This document shows positions 38,163 to 51,904 of a stretch of DNA of 64,000 nucleotides, piece by piece. This DNA comes from Blasia pusilla (lineage: Eukaryota), in contig CM114271.1 of assembly GCA_050084515.1 (NCBI GenBank), positions 28,644,001-28,708,000 of the forward strand, given 5' to 3'. Made by a program: the position numbers and the translations under genes. The notes beneath the pieces were generated by a model. It ran no database searches and had not been told where the DNA came from. It was given only the letters and a program-made list of their open reading frames with translations. Positions within the stretch are counted from its first letter, which is position 1, and the number at the start of each line of letters is the position of its first letter.

Positions 38163-40115
38163 TCACAAGCTTTGGTAACTCGAAGTTGCTGTTGGGTTTG
38201 TCCAGTCATACAAAATTTCCTCGACTATATGGTTCAAAGAATCATTCTCCAACAGTATGGACATGTGAGTCTTGTTAGCGATGGTTTTAACCCGAACCTT
38301 CTGACCGTCTGCTTTTTGCCAATCGGCCACGATCCAAACTAAACTCTTATAGTTAACAGTTCCGTCTCCATCACCATCCATAACAGTTGGCTGACGATGA
38401 AAACCTTCTCTCTCATAGTACAGCAGCCGCTCTGGAGTTTTCATTCCATTGCCAAACAAGATGGAAACAGGCACTCCAGGTGCGCTCAGACTGCCTATGA
38501 GTGGAGGAATTCGAGTTTTGTACGCATCCACACCCTCAGAGTACCCAATATCTGTTAAAAAATCTTCCATGTCCCTGGCAGTGTAGGTCCTCGAGGGAGT
38601 GATCACCAGAGGTTGTGCACCAAACACCTCGGGAACCGGAAGGAGCCATAGATTTGTCTCTGAGCTTCTCTGCTCCTCCCTGAGTACCAGAGGATCAATC
38701 AAGGGCAACCCCTCCGTGAAGCCTGATGCGAAAGTGAGCATTTCCTGCACCGAGCCGCCCCATGGGGTCGCGATAGACACGAAACTCTTGATGTACTTTG
38801 TTCGCCATGACGGGGACTGCTCGTTAAGAATGTACGTCACCCACAGACCGCCCAAACTGTGAGCAACGAGAACCACCGGCCGATTAGCGTTGCGATAGAA
38901 CACTTGCTCTATGAGCTCTTTCAAATCCTTGGAGAACTTCTTTGCCACATCTGATGCATAAGGTCCTGGTGCGTAGCGAAAATCGTAAGGAGCACCGAAT
39001 AATGTTTCCCCAACTACAAATCCCTTGTCCTCCAATGCATTCACCAATGGCGCCATGTAGGTGGCCAGACTCCTTCGCAGTACAACCACACGGCTGTCAG
39101 TCTAGTCAGCCCAGATGTCAATGTATTTGACAAAGTCCAATTCAAAACCCTGCCACCAATATCGTTTCGGCATAGAAGATCCCATCATATGCAAGCAGCC
39201 GCGATTTCGATCTCCCAAGGCGAAGGTTCCACTTCGCTTGCACATCAGCTTTCCCATTCCTCATAGTTCACTTATTACAGTAGGATCAATGAGATGTTCG
39301 CTGGGGCTCTATTGGTCCGTTCCGATATGCTAGGAAACTGGATATGGAGACGAAAACAGAACTGCCTACCGTGGGGTACACCACGTCGTGAAGGATCCAA
39401 TCTCATCCCACTCAGCCCTAACGATCCTAGCTATGGATTGTCTCCAGGAATATATCAAGCTTGAGAGTTCAAGGCAAAACACTAGCTCAAAACAAGTGGT
39501 GGGGGGTGTCAAAGGCCTGCCGCACTGTGACAAACAGACCTACCCGGCGAACCAGCTTAGGAGCTGTAAATTCAATTATTCAAGGGGATAGCTAGGTCCG
39601 AGGTTTGAAATGATTTTAGAGTCTGTTTTTTATTTCTCTATCCACCCACGTTAGAGAAGTTCAGACGTTACAACCTTGGTCAAGTTTAGGACAAACCTGA
39701 AAGAAGGATCCAGGTACTCCATGCCCTTGGTGCTTCCGAAGTAGGGAACTCTAGTAACAACGCCCGGGAAGTTCTCAAACCGCTGCGTCTCCTCATTATA
39801 CACCAGCTTCAACCTTTCAGCAAAGCAGCAGGTGAATGGGGGCAGCAGCGACAACGCATCTAACCATAATCGGAAATAACCAGAAGAAAAGGAGTAGCAC
39901 CAAAATGCCCCGGGCTTGTAATCTTTCGTCAACTTCGCCTCCAGTTGATTCCCTCCGGTTCCGGGCACTAGCACGATCGGTGACAACGGACTCGTGGCTC
40001 TTTTCTCTCCGGCTCTGCAAGCCTTCCGTCCAAATGCCGGAGGAACTACACAAGCAATCGCAATCACCAGTCCTACCATTATCCCAATACTCAGAGGCAC
40101 GGATCTGCCAGCCAT
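38163..40115 (-). CDS. Lecithin:cholesterol acyltransferase-like protein (plant LCAT-like 1 type), 2 exons (40115-39697, 39072-38163), about 442 aa, N-terminal signal/TM segment
   Basis: PIVLVPGTGGNQLEAKL, FRLWLD, GAPYDFRY, lipase box VAHSLGG, PWGGS, DGDGTV, THMSIL. The GT-AG intron joins the frames without stops. Confidence 0.95.
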
Positions 40116-40524
40116 CCTTTAGCGATCAATCAGCCATTCTTTCGAGTCTCGATCGTCTCATCTTCCTGCCTCTCTTGCTAGAGATTTAGGTACTTTTCTA
40201 CTGCCGGAATCCCTCTACACCAATTCCTGTGTGATCATTATTGCAACAACCATAGCTCGTTGTTGTCAGGGGAGCGCGTCGCCTTTGTTGTCATATCCGG
40301 TGATCGCCATCGTCATCTCTCTTTCTATACGAGCTAGTCGATTGCACGAATCTACAAAGATGCCCGTCATGCACGTGTACGATAAAAATACTACCGGTGG
40401 GCTCCATTAGAACATAGTGTCTTTAATAGCTCTTTTTTTAAAGTTCCTGTGCCATTAAACTTCTCCAAAAAAAATTCATTTTAACCAGGTTTGAAAATGG
40501 TTAAAGACAGCCAAGTTACTAATA

Positions 40525-40944
40525 CTAGTGAGAATGCCCGTGCGATGCACCGGCGTCAATTTTTAGCACATAAATCTCCCTCGTTACTCAGTTTGGGGCT
40601 TTTCTCCTTTCATCGAGGAGTGGAAAGTTTACACACGTCGAGGGAGAACCTTTAATTAGGTCTTTGCCCATTAGAGATAATGAAACAGAGTGATAGAAAC
40701 AACTTTTTTGTACTGAATTGAGTTGCCTAGGTGGTATCCCGAACAACAGGCAACTTACTGGAAGGTGAAAGCTGAGTTGTTCTTGCAACGTAGTATTGGA
40801 AACCTTGTAAGTATTCAAACAATGAGCACCTTTCATCTAGAACTACCTCCCAAAGCTTTGTGATTCATTGGCCTCAGTTGGCTGGAAGCGTACACTTTTA
40901 CCGTTGCACGGGCATTCTCACTCTAGTAAGAATGCCCGTGCGAT
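40525..40944. mobile_element. Cluster of three Helitron 3' termini (GC hairpin + CTAG)
   Basis: Minus ccggtgcatcgcacgggcattctcaCTAG ending at 40525; plus ccgttgcacgggcattctcactCTAG ending at 40926; minus atcgcacgggcattcttaCTAG ending at 40923. Confidence 0.8.
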
Positions 40945-43100
40945 AAAAATTTAGCATATACAAAATTAATCATATGAATTTTTTTCAAGGGATGAAGTAT
41001 TACAAAGTCTAAAAAAGCATACCAATATAACACTTGACACATGTAATGTTATTTTAATTTTAATTTAGCACTTCATTATATACAACATTCCTAGTGTAAA
41101 CACCTATTTTGTTAATAGCCTTTTCATTATCTGTCATAATATGAATAGAATTCCTAGAGCCTACTCTTGACAAGGCAACATACAATTGCCCATGAGAAAA
41201 TATTGGATTAGACAAGTAGATACCAACTCTATCTAATGTTTGACCTTGAGACTTATTAATCGTCATTGCAAAAGCAGGACGTATAGGAAATTGAAATCGT
41301 CGCAAATCAAAAGGTAGGCCACAATCAGACGCAATCAATGGAATGCGTGGAATGAAAACTCGAGCTCCGATGTTTTTTCCTGTGATAATTTTTGCATCTA
41401 TAAGATGTCTACTAAAGCCAGCTATCACCAACCGAGTCCCGTTTGCTTGTCCCTTGGCTCCATTCATATTCCGTAATAGCATTATCGGAGCTCCAATCTT
41501 CAAAGTCAAACAATGAGGTGGCAGTCCAGATGGTAAACATGTGTTCAAAAATTATGTCAGATAAACAAGTCTCATCTCATCGTGGGAAACAGTATCAGCA
41601 CTCAAGAAAGTATGCTCCAGCAAAAACAAAATAAATCATTAATAATAAGAGCGATGATAGAAAAATGTAGCAATAGGTAATGAAAATATAATAATGATAT
41701 TCAAAAACATAAATATTACCTCTCCTGGAAATCGAGACATGATTTCCGCATTTATAATATCCACAGTTGTATTCTTGGTTGACAAAATGGATGTACCCCT
41801 CAAGAAATCAATGTCACTCCACTTATTAACATCGTGTCCATAAACAACGTCAATGAGATCATTCATCCTTGTCGTTTTTACAATTATCGCATCCGGAACT
41901 TGTATAAAATCCTCTCCAAGGTCCAAATGTAATGGTACTCCACCCTCTCCTATCTTTAGTAACCACGTTGCAAACGCTTCTTGCTCTTCTCGTGCATATC
42001 CTACAAAAAATATAAGATCAAGAAATGAGTACATATTAAAAATTTAAAAAAACTACATGAAATAAAAAAGGAAAAATATTAGGTTAATTCTTAAATACCT
42101 TGTAAAGTATTAACTCTCATGTTGGTAGTGAGTTTCAATAATCTCACGTGAGACCAAATAAGAGATCTCCTCAATGTTGCACGCACAATTGTAGCACGAT
42201 CTCCACGACGAACAACTAGAAGAAATTGTCGAAAGTCACCACCGAATAAAATGATCTTCCCCCCAAAAGGCAAGTCTCGTAATCGAGTATCCGTCAAACC
42301 CATGATATCTTGCAAAGTACGATTAACGGCCTCGAATGCATGACGATGGGTCATGCTTCATAGGAGCTTCATCCCACACGATCAACTTCGCCTTTTGTAT
42401 AAGGCGGGCCATATGACTATTGACCGATAGGCTAGAAAATAGATAACAAAACAATATGTGAGGAACATTTATGAAGGATAAATCTAAGAATATAACAATA
42501 ATATGCATGCCATAATTATAAAGTAAAAGGAAACAAAATCTTAAATCTAGACTTACTTGCAAGTGGAGCTTTCATGTACTTGAATAGGAATCTTGAATCG
42601 AGAATGAGCAGTACGACCTCCATCCAATAATAAAGCGGCAATTCCTGAAGATGCAACTGCAAGAGCTATATGACCCTCGCTCCGTACCATTGCAAGAAGA
42701 CGGTTGTACAAAACGGTTTTTCCCGTTCCCCTAGGACCATCGATAAAGAAAAGTTTTTCCTGAAAATCCATATTTGTAGTCACAAAAATGCACTTTAAAA
42801 AGAATAAAACTTAAAGAGATTTAAAGAGTAAAGAAGTCATCTTAAAATTTACTATGCATAATATCCACTTATAGAAGGTGGCGCATCTTGTAAGATATCG
42901 TGAAAAGCATTACAAATAACTTCCCAAATAGCTCGTTGTCCATCATTTAAAGATATCTCTTCTGCTCTCACACGTTCACAAAGCATATCATGATCGTAGC
43001 AGAGCTCTTCCTCTTCTAGACGCGAAATAGATAAATTACGAGCTTGGAAATCTGGTTGAGGCATGTCGGGGAAGTCCGCCATACTCTTACCATGATCTTG
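40923..43100 (-). mobile_element. Helitron 3' part with intron-containing PIF1-type helicase pseudogene (43100-41060); Rep domain absent
   Basis: [82 protein letters not shown]; frameshift near 42350; Helitron 3' end about 135 bp past the stop. Confidence 0.92.
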
Positions 43101-43276
43101 AAACCATAGGTACATGTCGTGGACGCAGTTTGCAGAGGAGTGCCCAAATTCATTGGAGGCGCATTTTTGCGTAAAGGCAGTCGTGCTCCATCCATTTCCT
43201 CATCACATGGCAACGGTGGAAATGGCGATGCATGCGATGAATGCGTAAGTTTCCTCTTCCTTAAGTTTGATTTCTT

Positions 43277-44014
43277 CAACCCGTCGGAGTCAGACGGGTT
43301 GAATAATTGGAAAGCTTAAAGATGGGCAGGAATGATTTGAGTCTCTTGCCACCATCCTGTTTATGGTCAATGTCAAATATAGTCAAGCAAACCGTTGGAG
43401 TTCGACGGGTTGCCTGGTGGCCAAGCACACCAAATTAATCCGGGATATTGACACTAGTCGAACATCAATGGGTGGAAAACTGACAGCATGATTTATTTGT
43501 TCTGCAATCCATCGGACTCCAATGAGTTGCACAACGAGAGGTAACAAATCATCAAGCGCCTAAAAGCAACTCGTCGAACTCCAACGGGTTGCATCCCCCC
43601 CCCCCCTCCCCAAGGGTAGGTGGTCCGAGTACGAGAGCTTGCTTTTAGGCATCAAATTCCAGCTTTACAAGGCATCGCGCAACCCGTCGTACTCCGACGG
43701 GTTGATATGTGCAATTTTTTTCCGGAAACCTGTCTCCAAATTGAAGTCATTCTACAACCCGTCGGAGTCCGACGGGTTGTAACCAAGGACTAAATCGGTT
43801 GGACCAGAAAGTCACGAAAAGAGAGTGTAACCCGTCGGACTCCGATAGGTTGTAATTCTCTCTAAAAATTTCAAGAGTGTTGCAATAAGTGTAACACAAA
43901 GATACGTGTTGCGACCCATGAGACTCCGACGGATTGCAATATTTATCTCTGTGCTACCATTTCGATCCCCATAGGTTGACAGAATTACAACCCGTCGAAA
44001 CCCGATAGCTTGCA
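43277..44014. repeat. Intronic array of about 9-10 palindrome copies with mutually unrelated spacers
   Basis: Copies near 43277, 43387, 43503, 43566, 43679, 43754, 43827, 43911 and 43988. Confidence 0.9.
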
Positions 44015-46111
44015 GTATTCTTACCTTGTGTTTGGATGTGCACGATTGTATCCGAGGGCAACATCACCCACCATTGGATCCAAGATTGCGACAAGGTGAA
44101 GAAGATGCTTACGACGCACCCGGCAGAGTACAAGGGATTCTTGGGCGACAGTTTGATAAATGAGATGATGGCGAAGGAAGCTCAAATAAAAAAGAAGACT
44201 TGGGAAAATACCTTCATTTCCCAAGATGCAGCCATCACAATCCTATGTTGGTCCAAGATAATGGCCGCCAAGAAGAGTGCTTCCTCAGAACTGGAGCGGA
44301 GGGAGAACGTGTATGCGTCGGAAAGTGCAAAGTTTATTCAGGATGCCGTATCTGTAGCTACAAAGTACATTGCAAGCAAGAGGCAGCGATACATTGCAAT
44401 TCTCAACCCCGAACTTGGCCCGGAGTTTTACACGGAGCTCAAGGCGATAATTAAGCGCCAACGGAAGAGAGACGAAGATCCATAGGGTCGGATCGGCGAG
44501 AAAGTGTCTCTGGACCGCGTGCACAGATTTGCGCTTTTTGGGATATCCGAGTTTAGGCGAATCCGACTGATGAAAATCAGTCTCGAGGGCACTGAGGCCC
44601 AAAAGCGGGTGGCACACAATCCTCCAACAGTTTCAGATCTAGTGATCTCCCATTGGCTACGAGAATGGTCATTCCGGGACGCGTTGCGTCTTCTCGGGAA
44701 GTCCATGCTCGTGGGTCTTCAAGCGGAGCTGAAGAAGATTGAGCTAGTTCCAGAGGAAGCAAACCTAGAGGCTATAGAAGATTTTGAACTATGGCTTGAT
44801 TACATCAGAGATAAGCCCACGAAAAACCGAGGATCCAGGATGATGTTCAAGAATCACATCCTCCCTCAAGCAGACCTGGATGAGGAAATAGATGCCAAAA
44901 AATGGGATTTTGCAAAGAAGAAGCGGGATCTTCAGGACCAGGCGGCCGAGTCATCTTGACAAAGAGCTGCCCAGCAGATGGTGTATAGGTACCTTATCAA
45001 TTGTAAGAATGCAAGTACCTGGAAAAAATTACCGGCAAATTATCGGCTTCTCCGCTTGATGGAGAGGCATTCTCCATGTACGACATGGAGATGGGGTATG
45101 TCCGACTGCGAGGTTAATAATTGTCCAATCTGGTTGGACTTCAACAACCTAGAGGACATTACAGAAAAAAATCTACGCGTGGAGTATGATGCAGTGGTCG
45201 CAGGTTGGGACGACATTCTGAAATTCGTGCAACTTGACAATTTTTTCGGAGGAGATGCGGAGGAGCAAGACCTCAAGACAGCGGAGTTGGTGGGCAAAGT
45301 CGTCACCGCCAAAGACAAATCCACAGCGGGTTTGAGGAAGGCGAGGGGATCAAGGAATTCTAATGCGGAGTCTTTCAGAAAAGAGGCTGAGTCCTTAAGG
45401 CAAGAGGCGGAATCGTCCGGGGGAGCGGGGTGAGAGGGCCGGACCAGGTCCTCGTCCAAGAAAACTCATGTGGAGTGTGAGGTAACAGAGACTCCCACAA
45501 GCTGACAGCAGACTCATGAGAAGCGAAAGCGGGATGCGTCTGGTTTGTCTGAGGGAGGAGATAAGGATGTGGAATACACTCCATCATCCTTGGGCACGAA
45601 TAGGGAAAAAACCACCACGACAAATGTCCTTGTTCACTTGACTCATCTTGTTGATGAGCTACAGAGTTTCAGTTCTCAGGAGTTAACATCTGCCATCGAC
45701 AAATTGACCGTGCTCGACAAAAACTCCTTCGAAACTGGCACGCCCCTTGGATGGTGCATAGGGTGGTTGAGGAGGTGGCGGTGGACCTCCTCATTTTGGA
45801 TTTGCCTTCTGCGTTTTGCTTGTGGGACAACAATCCGTCTGACACTGTCCCAGACTGGAATGTCCCGCTTTCGTACGATCAGATCGCGTTGTTGTTTTCT
45901 TTTGCCGACGCGTATCTGAGTGACAGGGGTTGTTTCTTGGTTCTCACTCGAGGGAGCGAAGATGAGCTCTTCAACCTTCAGTGCGTGAATAGGTCACTGA
46001 AGTGGAGGATGGCACAATCATGGGTAATTAAAAAAGAGTATCCACTCCGATCGGCGACGAGTCAAGTCCGGGTAATTTCTCTTATTCAACAAATTGAGTT
46101 TAATAGAAATT

Positions 46112-46610
46112 CAACCCGTCGGGCTTCGAAGGGTTGCATCTTTGCATGCAACCCATCGGATCCCAACAACTTGTGTCTGCGGTGTTGCAATCCGTCTGAA
46201 AGTGATGGGTTGCAAATTCACCAACAAGTCTCCATTGACTACAACCCGTCGGAACCCGACGAGTTGCAAGTAGCATTGCTTTTCCCCGTGTTTCTGGAGT
46301 GATGCAACCCATCTGAAAGTGATGGGTTGCTCTTATATTAGGAACTTCTCAACTTTGAACAATTATATTCAGTTGTAAGCCAACCATTGCACTCGAAACG
46401 GTGGAGTTTCTGTCCAGCAAGATGAGCAACATTTCGGCTTCCGACGGGTTGCTCATGGCCAAAAAGGAGTCTTAGAGTTGTAAGACAACCCGTCGGACTC
46501 CGACATGCCACGGTTCTGTCAAGCCTATAGGCCTAGTTTAGAGGAGTTGGTAATTACTATGGACTAGTATGACGGGTTGAAAAGCAACCCGTCGGATCCC
46601 GACGGTTTGC
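46112..46610. repeat. Intronic array of about 8 palindrome copies
   Basis: Copies near 46112, 46149, 46188, 46241, 46304, 46430, 46486 and 46584. Confidence 0.88.
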
Positions 46611-48939
46611 ACATTGCGTCAATTTATGGAGAGTAGATCAGCCATCTACTAGGTTTTTTTTTTTTGTTGACATTATTTTTTACCTGCTTGTTTACAGATA
46701 GACCACTAATTTGTCTAATGCTTTGTAAGGCTTGAGCACAACTTCCAGGTATTCTAGATCCCGGATCCAGTGGATCCATGCTCCGATGGGTACAACTTAG
46801 ATAGTCTCTATTATCCCCCCACCCTCCCCTGGGAATTTACATGCAAGACGGGACCCCCTTACTTGGAGGAAGGGAAAAGTCACCTGCCTTGATGTAAACG
46901 CTCATTGAGCTCTGTTCGAGGCCGGGTGACTTGGTCTTTGACTTAGTGGGCCTATTAGGGGCGAGTATCAGAGGCACCTGGCACAATGGCAGGAACATTC
47001 TCTGCTTTGAGGGAAGGCCAAAACTTTTTGACCTTTGAAAAGAGGCAAAGGCGGATTATGAGAGGCTAGTGGGAGTATAAAACTCTCCTCCAAATCCAAC
47101 AGCTCCGGTTCCAGAACCACCATTAATAGTGACACCATCGTCACTTCCTACTATTCTGAAAATCGGGAGGGCAAAGCCGACAGTAATTCTGGAAGAGTTA
47201 TTCGACGATGACGAGTGAGTTCAAAGATTTATTGGACCCAGCTTGACTGAAGCGTTTTGGAGTAGGGATTTAGTGCTTTCCAAGGATGGAGCACATATTG
47301 ATACTGGATGGGTGTCACCTTGCAGAGCATACAAGATTTACTGTCGAGGAAGGCGTTGGGACTCAAATCATGTTACACGGGACCATTATGGTGTACCTAG
47401 GGGGGGGGGGCCAAGGCTCTCAAATTCCCCAATATTTTTTAATCCTCGTCTACAATTGGCCAGAGGAGCCACTTGTATCCCAAGACATTCCTTTTGTAAA
47501 GGAAACTAGGAGAGTTAGGAGTAAATTTGTAGATGACGAGGCTGAAGAAATCATAGACTAGATCAAATTTATATTTCAGAGCTTCCCTTGGATGTAATAA
47601 AGGACACGAAGGTTTTGAACCATGATGGTTTTTTTAAACTTTTGCTGAATTATTTTTCGTTCTTGTCAATTGCGTTGGTCTATCTACTCGAGGCTGTTTA
47701 TTTTGCAACCCCTCAGATTCCGACGGGTTGCATCTTGTCACAATATTTTAAACCCCTTGCACGCAACTTTTCAGATTCCGACAGGTTGGCTACTTGAGTG
47801 ATTCCACTCTTTTCTTGTTAGTCCACTTTTTCAGGCTCTCGTATTTTGGCAGGCTTCTTCACTTTTGCCTCGTTCCCCCATTATCGTCACACCATTCTTC
47901 TCTAACACGGTATTTCATAGACGTGTTGGATTCCTACTACCTGTCGGATTCTCATGTCAAATTCCCAACCAGTCGGATTCTCATGGATTGCAAGGTGGAA
48001 TGGAATCACTTCTCAAGATCCTTCTTTTGTTGTGGTGTGCTTGCTTGCAAGGGATGCATTCCATCGGATTCCGATGGGTTGGAAGGGATGCAACCTGTCG
48101 GATTCTGACATTTAGGGTCTGAATGAAGGGACATGGGTGCATCAGTTCCTCTTTCCTCCTGACAGCTATCAATCTTTTGACGCGATTATCCTCTCAATCT
48201 CATCACATTTTCTTCTTGATGCATATATTTCTCAGTGGCTGAGAGAATGGTGAAACCAAGTTGTCAAATGCATAGCACTCCATGGTATAATTTATGCATC
48301 CATTCATGAGCCAATATCATCCAATGTTGTCATGAAAGTCTTCGGCTACCATCAGTGATGAGTGATTTGTTTTGTTGTGGAAAACCCCCTCATGGATGAG
48401 TATTGATCGGATGGGATATTCAATGCCTTTTGCAAGAAGAGTCAACAATCCATAATGTCAACCACATCTTCAGAGAAGTTAAACCTTAAAGGGCACAGGA
48501 GTCTATTGAGACCATAGTTAGAGTCTTTATTTGAACCTTTCATTGAGATGAAATTGCTACTTCTGGTCATATTATATGCCGACGGTCCTCCAACAATAAT
48601 ACCCCTCAGCCCGACTTACTATAGAGCTGGCTTAGACATGCAATGTGAAGAAAATTGGGTTCACATGGAGAGTGATGGAAGAATGTTTGTAGTGGTCTTA
48701 TGATGTCTACTTGTTTTTCCGAGCCTGGAAAAAGAACGTTACTTTAGGCCCGGATGTGGTCCACTTGCTACTCTCTTATGAAGATTTCATGAATTTGAAA
48801 GCAAACAAAAATTTCAAAATTGTCAAACAAATTTGAAGAGAGGAGGCGGATTCTGCCCTCTTTTTTTTTAAAGAGAGACTCTCCTCTCTTCCTCTCTTCC
48901 TCTCCTCTCTTACTCTCTCCTGCCTGAATACCAGTCCCC

Positions 48940-51197
48940 GAACAACTTCTAAGCTCAGATCAATTGTACAGTCAATGTTAGGAAGGTGACGTGGAGCACA
49001 AGTTACATGCATGGTCCTTCCAAACCATACCATCGTGTCCCTCCAATAAGAGAACACCAGATGGAAAAACCTCAAGCACTCTCAAGATAGTGCGTCCTAC
49101 AGTCATATCCAACATCATGGGTGCCGTTTGCTGCAAGTAGACATTGTGTCCCTGATGAAACCTCCGGATAGTAGGTCGATAACCACCTCCCCAAATAGTC
49201 ACATACCTCAACGTATCTTGATGTTGCGCAATCGCCAAGTTCTCAAACGCCATGGGCATATCTCTCCGAAACAACTCAGTCCTCTGAGAACATGTTCGCA
49301 TCCATACATCAAGGTCATCAAGATTCAACACCTCATCAAGATCTCGACGAATGGCCACAGGTAAATCCGGCTCTCGGCCATAAAGTAGCAAGTACGGTGA
49401 GAAATATGCTAAGGATGCCTGCCTGCTAAATCTGTATACCATCATCAACAACCGCAACTAGAGGTCCCAATCTCCTAGGTGACTTCTCTGCAAGCCATAC
49501 TTGTGCAATCCTCTCTTCACCGTCTCACAACCCTCTCTGCTAGTCCGTTTGCCTCAAGGTGATCTCGCGAAGTGGTGCGTTGGTCAACCAGCGCCTCATC
49601 ATACAAGGCCTGAAACTCCCCATGAAACTCTGTACCCTAGTCTGTCAACACCTCAGCAAATGCGCTGTAATGACTCAACACTCAATCTAGGAAGGCATAC
49701 GCTACTCCCTCACTCACTTTTTCAAGCAATGCAACCAACTCTATCCACTTCGAGAAGTGCTCAACCATCACCAACACATAACGACTATGGTGCTCTGTCA
49801 AAGGTAAAGGTCCTGCAAATCCAAACTCCATCTATACCTTAAATCCGTGATCGGAAGTGGATGCAACTGTGGAGTTAGAGCATTGAAAGATGCCCGAACT
49901 CTACCACAAACCATGCACATAGCAACAAATTATTGAGCGTCAGTCTGTATGCCTCGCCACCAAAACATCTAGAGCAAGTTGTACATCCGCTTCACTCCAA
50001 AATGACCCAACTCCTCATGGGCATGATGTACCAAATGTGCTCTCTGTGAAGGATGAGGCACTACACAAACTCTACCATCCTCCCAAACTTGCAACACATG
50101 TGTCCCCTCCCACCGGAATCGTATGGGTCGCTGTAGGATCTGATCCCGCTCTCTAGCATCCACTGTGCTCGCGACCCTGCCAATACGCAAGTACTCCAAG
50201 ACCACTCCATTTTCGTGAATGTCTCGGCCACCTGTCGTCTCCTCACTGGCCTCTACATCTAAGGACTCTTCATCAGACCTCGCCATCAAAGTCTCAGCAA
50301 TCTGGCTCTCCATAGCCAACAAGCCCAAATAAGCTTACGCATGCCATCCTGGCACCAACTCCTCATCACTCACTCCATGCCAACGAGCTTTAGTCGCATC
50401 TCGTTGACTCGGGCATGGATTACGCTCAAACCATCTGCATCTTGGTTGAGCATCTTAGGTCTATGCACCACCTGGAAATCATACTCTTGCAACAACAGAG
50501 CCCACCTCGCAAGCTTGTTGTACTCCATCGACAACTTAAGTGGATGGTGATAAGTAATAATGGTAAAGGGGTTGTTTGATCCACCTTGGTCAGTAAGGTT
50601 AGCGGCTTCGCAATCGAAGTGAAACCCTTGACGTATCGTCGATAAAAGTTCGCCAATCCCATGAATGTACGAACTCGGCTTACAGCTGTAGGGCGTGGAA
50701 TGCGTGAAATAGCCTCTACCTTTGTCTGCTGCACACCAAGGCCCCCTGGGTATATTGTATGACCTAGGTCCTCAATATCGTCGTAGAAGAACTTGCACTT
50801 GCGTGGATGTAGCTTTAGCTCATGTAACTCGAATCATCGTAACACCTCCTCTAGATGTCGCTCATGCTCCTCAACCGTGGTGCTAAAGACTACGATGTCA
50901 TCAATATAACACTTAGCAAAATCCAGACCTGCCAAGATTCTATCCATGACCCTTTGAAATTTAGTCGGGGCGTTCTTTAACCCAAATGGTAAGAACCGCC
51001 ACTGGTACAAAAAATCCTTCCCGTGAGGATCGACGCCCAAAAATGTTGTCTTCTGCCTGTGCTCCAATTTGATAGGCAGCAGATGGTATTCGCCTAAAAA
51101 ATCTAACAAACAAAAGACCTTTCCATGTCCAATAGCATCAAAGATCTCCACAGGGGTGAGCATGGCATACCTATCGAACTTTGTCTGCCGATTGATA
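48940..51197 (-). mobile_element. Ty3/gypsy G4 (same family): RT, partly deleted RNase H, integrase; inverted and truncated at both ends
   Basis: LPFGLKNAPTKFQRVMD...CYIDDIVVFS; HAHEELGHFGVKR; AIAQHQDTLRY. Confidence 0.92.
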
Positions 51198-51509
51198 GGT
51201 ATGCGGGTTGGGTATCGAGGGCCTGTATGCGGGTTGGGCAGGGGGAGGCTTGCGGGCCACCCGTGGTTGGGGGGGGCCGTGGCTTGACTGACATTGCGTA
51301 TGAAAAAACAAATTTTTTTTTGCCGTGCGTAAAAAAACAACGGATAGGCCCCATGCTTTAGTTCCTGCGATGCCTGGTCCCGCTTTAGGTTAGGAGTCTT
51401 ATCCGGCAATCGCTTTCAACCTTCATCTTTGAACGAGACTTACCGGAGCGTTCAGAATCGCCGAAGGTTCTTGATGACAACAATCGGAGATATCCGAAGT
51501 GATTATCTT

Positions 51510-51830
51510 TGACATGAGTAACGATAAATCATGTGAAAAACATGATCGCCGAAAGTTCAAGGGTTTTGCGTTCGGTCAATCTACGCAGAGTGAATCGGTC
51601 CCTAAGGACCCGGAAGAAAGGGCTTAGTCCGATGGGTACACGAAAGTGACGGTTGAGAGTGATGTCTGCGTTGGGGTAGACGGTCTGGTAAGTCTAGGGA
51701 AACGAATACTAACGATCGCCCTCCGTTTCGTGGGGCGAGGCGGTTTTATGCCTACGCTTACGAGTGCCGTTCTCATCCGAATATCTTACTTTGTGGGGAG
51801 AAAGGAGCGTCCCTGGGAACCGGAACGAAA
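51510..51830 (+). rRNA. rrn26: Fragment of plant mitochondrial large-subunit (26S) rRNA gene, probably a NUMT (non-functional)
   Basis: tgacatgagtaacgataaatcatgtgaaaaacatgatcgccgaaag...gtcaatctacgcagagtgaatcggtccctaagg...gtccgatgggtacacgaaagtgacg resembles plant mitochondrial rrn26. The match is strong over 51510-51651 and the right boundary is uncertain. Confidence 0.78.
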
Positions 51831-51904
51831 CGCTCGTACTGCGGTGACCCTAGAACCCGCATGCGGGCAAAGGGGGGGGCTCGCGGGCCATAAAGCCAGT
51901 GCGC

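Larger units (their letters stand above)
43102..47218 (+). pseudogene. Cargo gene copy B (ParB-like NHR motif through MTase-like domain)
   Basis: NHRYMSWTQFAEECPNSLEAHFCVKAVVLHP (43102-43244); GT donor at 43245, acceptor mutated AG>AC at 44042; VAVDLLILDLPSA (about 45775); REKSPALM*TLIELCSRPGDLVFDLVGLLGASIRGTWHNGRNILCFEG (about 46870-47015). Confidence 0.75.
43100..48939 (+). mobile_element. DNA transposon copy B: 5'-truncated ParB/MTase-like gene, palindrome arrays, downstream region and terminus
   Basis: Exon-by-exon homology to 11505-15470; terminus is a CT tract plus GAATACCAGTCCCC at about 48880-48939. Confidence 0.85.

Noticed and set aside
41060-42783. Host PIF1 helicase gene
   Set aside because: A Helitron 3' terminus follows directly, and the sequence is frameshifted and 5'-truncated.
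50834-51409. 191-aa ORF with a novel N-terminus fused to RT
   Set aside because: The N-terminal part is read-through from the unrelated insert beyond 51197.
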